Below, piece by piece: positions 58,492 through 64,000 of a DNA stretch of 64,000 nucleotides (positions are counted from its first letter, which is position 1; each line of letters begins with the position of its first letter). This DNA is from an uncultured bacterium. Its GTDB lineage: Bacteria > Armatimonadota > Abditibacteriia > Abditibacteriales > Abditibacteriaceae. A program made the position numbers and the translations under genes. The notes beneath the pieces were generated by a model, which saw nothing but the letters and a program-made list of their open reading frames with translations, made no database searches and was not told the DNA's origin. The stretch spans positions 2,802,375 to 2,866,374 of the forward strand of contig CAWJLW010000006.1 in NCBI GenBank assembly GCA_963843795.1, written 5' to 3'.

Positions 58492-58529
58492 GAAAAAGCG
58501 CGCTGCAAGTACTTGCAGCGCGCTTTTTC
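58492..58529. terminator. Perfect 38-bp inverted repeat centred on the iterated palindrome between convergent genes
   Basis: GAAAAAGCGCGCTGCAAGT|ACTTGCAGCGCGCTTTTTC. Confidence 0.82.
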
Positions 58530-58561
58530 GTTTTGTGAAAATGTTATATCTACCAGCAGCA

Positions 58562-61500
58562 TTATTTCCAGTTGCCAATAAGAATGAAAGGCGCCCAAAA
58601 ATAAGGATGAGCAAAAGGTGCCTGCGGATCGGCTTTGAATTCGGGTTGTGAGCTGGCAGCACCGACATCTCCACCACCGAAGCGGGCGCCGCGCTGGGTG
58701 GCAGTTTCCGAAGTTTTGGCTTCGCCATGAAGCAACGCCATCTGTGCCAAGCGTAATGCTTCGGCTTTGGACGTTCCGGGCTGTGCTTCGCGGATGCGAT
58801 AAAAGTGGCGCATCAACAATTGCGTGCTTTCATCGGCGACCGGCCACAAACTGGCCATCACGGCTTTGGCGCCTTTGCGCTGCGCTACTACACCAAAACC
58901 TTCGACTTCGCGCCCATCGCCGCCAACACTCCCGGTTGCCGTGTTGCAGGCCGACAGGGTCAACAATTCGACGTTGCGAAAAAAGTTGGGAATGGCTTTG
59001 ATCTGCGATAAAGATAGATGACTGCCATCGCCCAGCAATAGAAAAGAATCGGCTTCGTTGCCGGGCACAAATTGAAAATGGCTGGCGATGTGAACTACCG
59101 AAAAACCCTGACCCAAATCATTTTTCATCGCAGCGGCAGTGAAAGCCTCATCCAAAGCCACTTTGCCCGGCAACACGCCTTTGTCTTGCGCAACCGCTTC
59201 ACTGCGTTTTACTTCAGCTTTGTTATCATCGGCTTTACCGATGATGCCGTGCAATTCTTCGACAACTCCGGGCAAAGCGCTAAAACCACTTTGCGCTTTG
59301 GAAACGCCCAATCCCAGCGCTGTCCAGTGCGCAGTTGGCTCGGCTTCCAAATTAAGTTGACTGGCGGGCGTAAAAACGACATTGCGAAAGCGTTCGGCGA
59401 GGTAAGCCTTGCCATCATAAAGCGCGCTCACCGGCAGGTAGCGGAGAGCGCCGTCCAAACTCCACATCAGCGTTTTTGCACCAGCGCCTGCCAAATCTTT
59501 GGCGATGGGCGCGATGAGAATTTCATATAATTCGTGTCCCAACGGGCGCGGATCGCGCGTCGGGTCTTGCAACACGGCGCGAAAAGCGGCGATTTTGGCG
59601 TTCAGTTCGGCAGCCGGAATCGCGTATTCTGCGGCCTTCTGAGTTTCGGCAGTGAAAAGAATGACGCGGTATTTATCTTCGCTAACCAGCGTGTACAAGG
59701 CGACGGTACCATCACCCATTTGATGTAGCGCTTGCATCATCACTTCCGAGTCTTGCAATTGGCGCAGTGTGGTGTTGGCAGCCGGTGCGTTGTCGGCTTC
59801 TTGGGCTAAAGTGTCAAGCAATTTTTGGAACGCTTGACCCGCCACTGCCAAATCATCATCAAGACTGACTAAATGCGCTTCTTCGTCAGGAGAGCGCGGG
59901 GTTTTGGCAGCTAATTGACCGCGTTCGACACCCAGAGCAGTAATTTTTTCGCTGATTTGGTCGTAGCGCTTTTCCCACGCGGACTCGTCTGGCGTTAAAG
60001 AAGCGCGAGTCGCAGTGGTGGCTTCGTTGCGGTCGCGCTGTACGAAGTCGAAGAATTCTTCTTGTTTCAGCATTCCCAGCACTTGCTGAGCTTCGGGTAA
60101 ACGACCTTGCTCGATTAGCAAATCAGCCAGCCAACGATAAATATTCGCGTTGCTTTTGAGAAAACCTTTCTGGGTTTCGCGGTCGAAACCGGTAAGAGAA
60201 GCCCGCGTTTGCTGCAAATTGTTAATCGCCTGTTTTCCGTAGAAGATTGCCAGACGCGACTGATTGGAAGCGCGCGCGATCAGCATCAAAATCGCTAAAA
60301 CATCGGCTTCGGCGCCACGACTTTTGATCTGTCGTGAAATAGCCAATGATTGTCCAGCTTCGTCGGCTGCTACCCCGATTTGACCGCCCAGCAAATGTCC
60401 CATGCTGAGCAATTTCAAACTTTGACTTTCGCCCCACACGTCGCCAATCGAGTGATCAATTTCTAACGCCTGCTGTCCATACTGCACGGCCTGAACAGGA
60501 TTTTTCAGCAAGACATCCATGCCGAGGCTGACCAAAACGGCAGCTTCGGTGCGTCGATCCTTATTGCGACGCGCCAAATCTAACGCCTGCGACGAAATTT
60601 CGTGAGCTTTATCGAGCTGATTCAAGCCGCGATAGGCGTATCCCAGCGCATCCAGCAGTCCTTGCTGGTTCACCGAAAATTCTTGCGCCCGCGAAATTTG
60701 CAGGGCTTGCTCCAAGAAAGGTAACGCTTTTTCGTGGCGACCCAGCGCGACATACGTTGCGCCCAGATTGGCCAGCGCCATCGCTTCACCTTGTTTATCA
60801 GCGTTTTGGCGACTTAGTGCCACTGCTTGCTCAAAGTAAGGCGCGGCTTTATCGGGGCGCCCCAACGATTGATAAGCGATGCCCAGATTACCGATCATCG
60901 TGCCTTCAACGTTATTCAAGCTATCGCGTGTTTCACCTGCGTAACTGGTGGCTAAAACTGCGGCTATCGCGCTTTGGAGCGGCTGGCCTCTGGTGGCGCG
61001 CGCGGCCATCAAAGCTTGCTCGGAGAATTGAATAGTTTGTTCGAAGTGGCTTTGTGCCAGATGCGATGAACCTAATGCTCCCAAAATCCACGCTTCGCCC
61101 AACGCGTCATGAGTGGCGCGCGCTAATGGCAGCGCGGCTTGCAGAGCGGTTTCGGCTTTGTCGTAGCGATTCACGGCCTGATAAGCCGTTCCCATCGCCA
61201 GTAACATAGCCGCTTCACTGCTGCGGTCTTTCAAACGCTGGTAGATTTGTTGGGCCTGCTGCCAATAATTGATGGCTTTTTCGGTTTGGCCCAGCAGATT
61301 TAAGCCCTGCCCCAGTTTGTTCAATTCATCAGCAGCGCTGGCGGGCCGCAAGGCTCGGTCGATAACTAAGGCAGCTTCGGCGTGTTCAAGCGCCGTTTCA
61401 TATTTTTGCTCTTTGAACCATAAAGCTAACGCCCAATTGAATTGCACATCGGCCAAAGCAATTTTGAGCGGCTTCTGCGCTTCAACTTCACCATTTTGTT

Positions 61501-61717
61501 GTAGCGCGCCGTTCAGCAATTGCACCGCTTCAGCGAACTGCTCGCGCTGCATCAAACCTTGCGCACGTTGAACGATATTGTCATTCTTTTGGGGTGCGCC
61601 TTGAGGCAATCCAACGCCAGAATTTTGCGGAGATGGCGGACGGGCATCTTGAGCTTGCAATACGGATACGCTCGACATCAAACACAACGCCAATAGAGAA
61701 GAAAATTTGCGCATCAT
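58562..61717 (-). CDS. Secreted TPR + CHAT (caspase-like protease) domain protein
   Basis: Signal peptide; TPR repeats; DGALRYLP, VHIASH, LSACNT, ASLWPVAD and HPYFWAPF. Confidence 0.93.
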   Translation of the reverse strand: MMRKFSSLLALCLMSSVSVLQAQDARPPSPQNSGVGLPQGAPQKNDNIVQRAQGLMQREQFAEAVQLLNGALQQNGEVEAQKPLKIALADVQFNWALALWFKEQKYETALEHAEAALVIDRALRPASAADELNKLGQGLNLLGQTEKAINYWQQAQQIYQRLKDRSSEAAMLLAMGTAYQAVNRYDKAETALQAALPLARATHDALGEAWILGALGSSHLAQSHFEQTIQFSEQALMAARATRGQPLQSAIAAVLATSYAGETRDSLNNVEGTMIGNLGIAYQSLGRPDKAAPYFEQAVALSRQNADKQGEAMALANLGATYVALGRHEKALPFLEQALQISRAQEFSVNQQGLLDALGYAYRGLNQLDKAHEISSQALDLARRNKDRRTEAAVLVSLGMDVLLKNPVQAVQYGQQALEIDHSIGDVWGESQSLKLLSMGHLLGGQIGVAADEAGQSLAISRQIKSRGAEADVLAILMLIARASNQSRLAIFYGKQAINNLQQTRASLTGFDRETQKGFLKSNANIYRWLADLLIEQGRLPEAQQVLGMLKQEEFFDFVQRDRNEATTATRASLTPDESAWEKRYDQISEKITALGVERGQLAAKTPRSPDEEAHLVSLDDDLAVAGQAFQKLLDTLAQEADNAPAANTTLRQLQDSEVMMQALHQMGDGTVALYTLVSEDKYRVILFTAETQKAAEYAIPAAELNAKIAAFRAVLQDPTRDPRPLGHELYEILIAPIAKDLAGAGAKTLMWSLDGALRYLPVSALYDGKAYLAERFRNVVFTPASQLNLEAEPTAHWTALGLGVSKAQSGFSALPGVVEELHGIIGKADDNKAEVKRSEAVAQDKGVLPGKVALDEAFTAAAMKNDLGQGFSVVHIASHFQFVPGNEADSFLLLGDGSHLSLSQIKAIPNFFRNVELLTLSACNTATGSVGGDGREVEGFGVVAQRKGAKAVMASLWPVADESTQLLMRHFYRIREAQPGTSKAEALRLAQMALLHGEAKTSETATQRGARFGGGDVGAASSQPEFKADPQAPFAHPYFWAPFILIGNWK

Positions 61718-61821
61718 AATTGCCCCTGCTTCAAGCTCTCAATTTAGCAAGATTTCAATTCATTATGATAGCACGATTACGTGGCATTCGAGCAATTCAA
61801 CAAAAGATGTACGTCTGGCTT

Positions 61822-62760
61822 TTAAGCATTCATCAGCAGACCCGCGCCACTTTCCAACAACTGCCGCGCGGCTTTTTGGCCGATAATCTGTGCGCCATCT
61901 GCCAAGGCGCCCGCAACTTCTGCGCTTAATTTTTGGCTGCCGTCGGGCGCTAAAACGACCGCGTGCAAGGTGCAAATTTCGCCTTTTACTTGCGCATATG
62001 CGCCCAAGGGCGTCGAGCAACCGGCTTGCAACGCTTCCATGCAGGCGCGTTCGGTTTCGACACAAAAGCGCGCGCTTTCATTTTCCAACCCTGCAAGTAC
62101 TTGCAGCACATTTTGATCGTCGCAGCGCGCTTCCAAAGCCAGCGCGCCCTGTCCGGGCGCGGGCACGAAATTTTGGCAATTGAAATCAAAATGCTGATGT
62201 TGCGATAAATCAATGCCAAGCCGGTTCAAGCCCGCGCGCGCCAGCAGAATCGCATCGAAACTTTCATCCAATTTGCGTAATCGAGTGTCGATGTTGCCAC
62301 GCACAGAAGAAACTTTTAAGTCGGGGCGCTGATATTTCAATTGTGCCGCGCGGCGCAAACTCGAAGTGCCTACGCGCGCACTGTGCGGCAATTGCGACCA
62401 TACAGTTTCGTTTTCCCGATCGTCCAAATCGCGGCGCAAAATGCAAGCATCGGCAGGATTTTCGCGACCGGGCACGCACGCCAGACACAAATTTTCGGGG
62501 AAAAGCGGTGGCAAATCTTTCAGGGAATGGACGGCAAAATCAATCTCGCCACTTAAAAGCGCTTGCTCGATTTCTAGCGTAAAAACGCCTTTTCCGCCAA
62601 TTTCCGGCAGGGGTTGTCCTTGCTGCTTATCGCCCGTGGTGCGAATGATAATTTCTTCGATCCGCAAATCGGGTGTCAACTGTTCCAATGCGCGTGCGGT
62701 CTGCCGAGCCTGCGCCAAAGCCAAGGCGCTGCCCCGTGTACCCATTTTCAAGATCGTCAT
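61822..62760 (-). CDS. hemC: Hydroxymethylbilane synthase
   Basis: GTRGSALA, GGKGVFT, AVHSLKD, GTSSLRR, RGNIDTR and PAPGQG. Confidence 0.97.
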   Translation of the reverse strand: MTILKMGTRGSALALAQARQTARALEQLTPDLRIEEIIIRTTGDKQQGQPLPEIGGKGVFTLEIEQALLSGEIDFAVHSLKDLPPLFPENLCLACVPGRENPADACILRRDLDDRENETVWSQLPHSARVGTSSLRRAAQLKYQRPDLKVSSVRGNIDTRLRKLDESFDAILLARAGLNRLGIDLSQHQHFDFNCQNFVPAPGQGALALEARCDDQNVLQVLAGLENESARFCVETERACMEALQAGCSTPLGAYAQVKGEICTLHAVVLAPDGSQKLSAEVAGALADGAQIIGQKAARQLLESGAGLLMNA

Positions 62761-62775
62761 ATTTATTTTGAGAAT

Positions 62776-63639
62776 TTACTGTCCGATGAGATGTGGCGCA
62801 CCCAGAAACGAAATCACCATCAGCAAAAAGCCATAAACGACGACTAAATTGGTGCGACGCCCGCGCCAGCCCAGCCACCAGCGCGCCACCAGATAAAGGG
62901 CAAAAGTTGCCCAGGTGAGGCCAGAAAATAACACTTTCGGGTCGCTCCATACCCGATATTGCGCCTGATGACGTACTTGCCACACGACGCCTAAAAACAA
63001 ACCCAGCGTTAAAAGCGCCAAACCGAACGCCGTGGCGCGATAAATCACATCGTCGGCGACTTGCAGCGAAGGCAGGCGCTGCCACAAACCGCGCAGTTGC
63101 TTGCGTTTCAATAAATGATCTTGAATCAGATAAATCAAACTCGCCGCAAAAGCGAACGCCAAAGCAACATAACCGGCCACGATCAAGACGACGTGAACTA
63201 CTAACCATTGCGTTTCCAATCCGCTCGGATTGGGCGCGTAGCGATGAAGGGGCGCAGCGGTAAGCGAATATAACGCCGCCAAAAGTGCGACCGGTGTGAC
63301 GAACGCGCCCAAAGTGGTTTGCCCGACGCGTTGCCGCCAGCCCAGATACGCCACGATAAGAGCGCAGCCAAAAACGCCAGCGACGCCCGCTTTTTCGCGC
63401 CACAACAATGCACCTTGCCCGAACATCGCCAATGTGTGTAAATTGGCCCCACAAAACAAAAGCGCAAGGGAACCGATTTCAACGATTTCGTGCCACGCGC
63501 GGCCATGTTCGCGCGGCTCATCCGAGCGTAAAAACAAATGCGCCCATAACAAAAGCATTGCCACAAAATAGCACGCGACCGCGCCCAAAAGTAGCACGCC
63601 TTCCCACGCGGCCAATGCATTGGGAGCACCATTTCTCAT
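62776..63639 (-). CDS. Cytochrome c assembly family membrane protein (CcsA/HemX-like)
   Basis: Multi-TM; WLVVH, LPSL, W.DPK and GWRGRR; between hemA and hemC; ATGA overlap with the hemA stop. Confidence 0.88.
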   Translation of the reverse strand: MRNGAPNALAAWEGVLLLGAVACYFVAMLLLWAHLFLRSDEPREHGRAWHEIVEIGSLALLFCGANLHTLAMFGQGALLWREKAGVAGVFGCALIVAYLGWRQRVGQTTLGAFVTPVALLAALYSLTAAPLHRYAPNPSGLETQWLVVHVVLIVAGYVALAFAFAASLIYLIQDHLLKRKQLRGLWQRLPSLQVADDVIYRATAFGLALLTLGLFLGVVWQVRHQAQYRVWSDPKVLFSGLTWATFALYLVARWWLGWRGRRTNLVVVYGFLLMVISFLGAPHLIGQ

Positions 63640-64000
63640 CGTGCCCCCTCGGGAGCAACCGATTGAGTTGCGCTGCTTTCTTTTTCGTTTTTGGGCGCGC
63701 TGCAAGTACTTGCAGCGCTGTTTGGGAAGGTTTCTAAATCGAAAGCGCGGCGCAAAGCTTCGACATCTTCGGGCTGCGAATCGGCGGCTTCGCGCAAATG
63801 ACGCAGCGGTGCGTGCATCAATTTTCCGCTCACCGAACGCGCCAGAGCGCGCACGATTTGCTGATCGCGCGGTGACAAATGTTGCAACTGTGCTAGCGCG
63901 ATCTCGGTTTCGCGGTCGCGCACTTCATTGGCGTGACGCGCCAAAGCTGACAAAACTGGCTGCGCGCCGCGACCTTTTATCCACTGTGCCCAGCTACGCG
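63636..64000 (-). CDS. hemA: Glutamyl-tRNA reductase, C-terminal part (truncated by window edge)
   Basis: Dimerisation-domain pattern E.E.AL..L....KLMHAP...LR; hemA-X-C order. Confidence 0.8.
   Translation of the reverse strand, partial: RSWAQWIKGRGAQPVLSALARHANEVRDRETEIALAQLQHLSPRDQQIVRALARSVSGKLMHAPLRHLREAADSQPEDVEALRRAFDLETFPNSAASTCSAPKNEKESSATQSVAPEGAR

Larger units (their letters stand above)
1118..63713. repeat. Dispersed highly iterated palindrome GCAAGTACTTGC (41 exact copies counted by eye)
   Basis: Core starts: 1118, 2089, 4418, 5352, 12044, 12094, 13177, 13346, 15163, 15980, 16674, 18083, 18702, 20236, 21014, 22819, 25373, 26958, 30878, 32059, 32121, 34772, 34898, 36401, 39279, 39309, 43215, 44723, 47549, 48360, 49562, 50171, 52939, 53988, 54129, 55961, 56887, 57722, 58505, 62093, 63702. 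Confidence 0.98.

Noticed and set aside
1118..63713. Iterated palindrome as a CRISPR array or integron attC sites
   Set aside because: Spacing is irregular, copies lie inside essential genes, there are no constant-length spacers or RYYYAAC/GTTRRRY boxes, and no cas or integrase gene is present.

Overview
Gene-dense bacterial chromosome segment with about 50 CDS. I found no rRNA, tRNA, CRISPR array, transposase or integrase. It looks like a diderm with some Firmicute-like gene sets; an Armatimonadota/Abditibacteriota-like origin is a guess only. Housekeeping content: an interrupted dcw cluster (mraY-murD-ftsW ... murG), phoH-7TM/HD-ybeY-2xCNNM, a split sucC/sucD pair, rpmG, mqnD, and hemA-ccsA/hemX-hemC. 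The dominant unexplained signal is a highly iterated 12-bp palindrome, GCAAGTACTTGC (often TGCAAGTACTTGCA). I counted by eye 41 exact copies plus about 9 near-copies, against about 0.004 expected by chance. It sits in most intergenic spacers, where it often forms the centre of locus-specific perfect inverted repeats up to 44 bp. It also lies in frame inside 12 coding positions (QVLA or ASTC), which is HIP1/DNA-uptake-sequence-like behaviour. Other notable items: (i) a ~5 kb insert bounded by a decayed duplicate of the murG 5' region, encoding an APC-permease-fused hybrid histidine kinase and a REC-HD-GYP regulator; (ii) a three-gene synthase-type exopolysaccharide locus (BcsA-like GT2 with no PilZ barrel but a fused extracytoplasmic domain, plus a 1871-aa TPR/beta-barrel protein); (iii) a divergent sigma-54-like gene with a two-way -24/-12 motif upstream. 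All calls come from visual motif recognition; no database searches were run.
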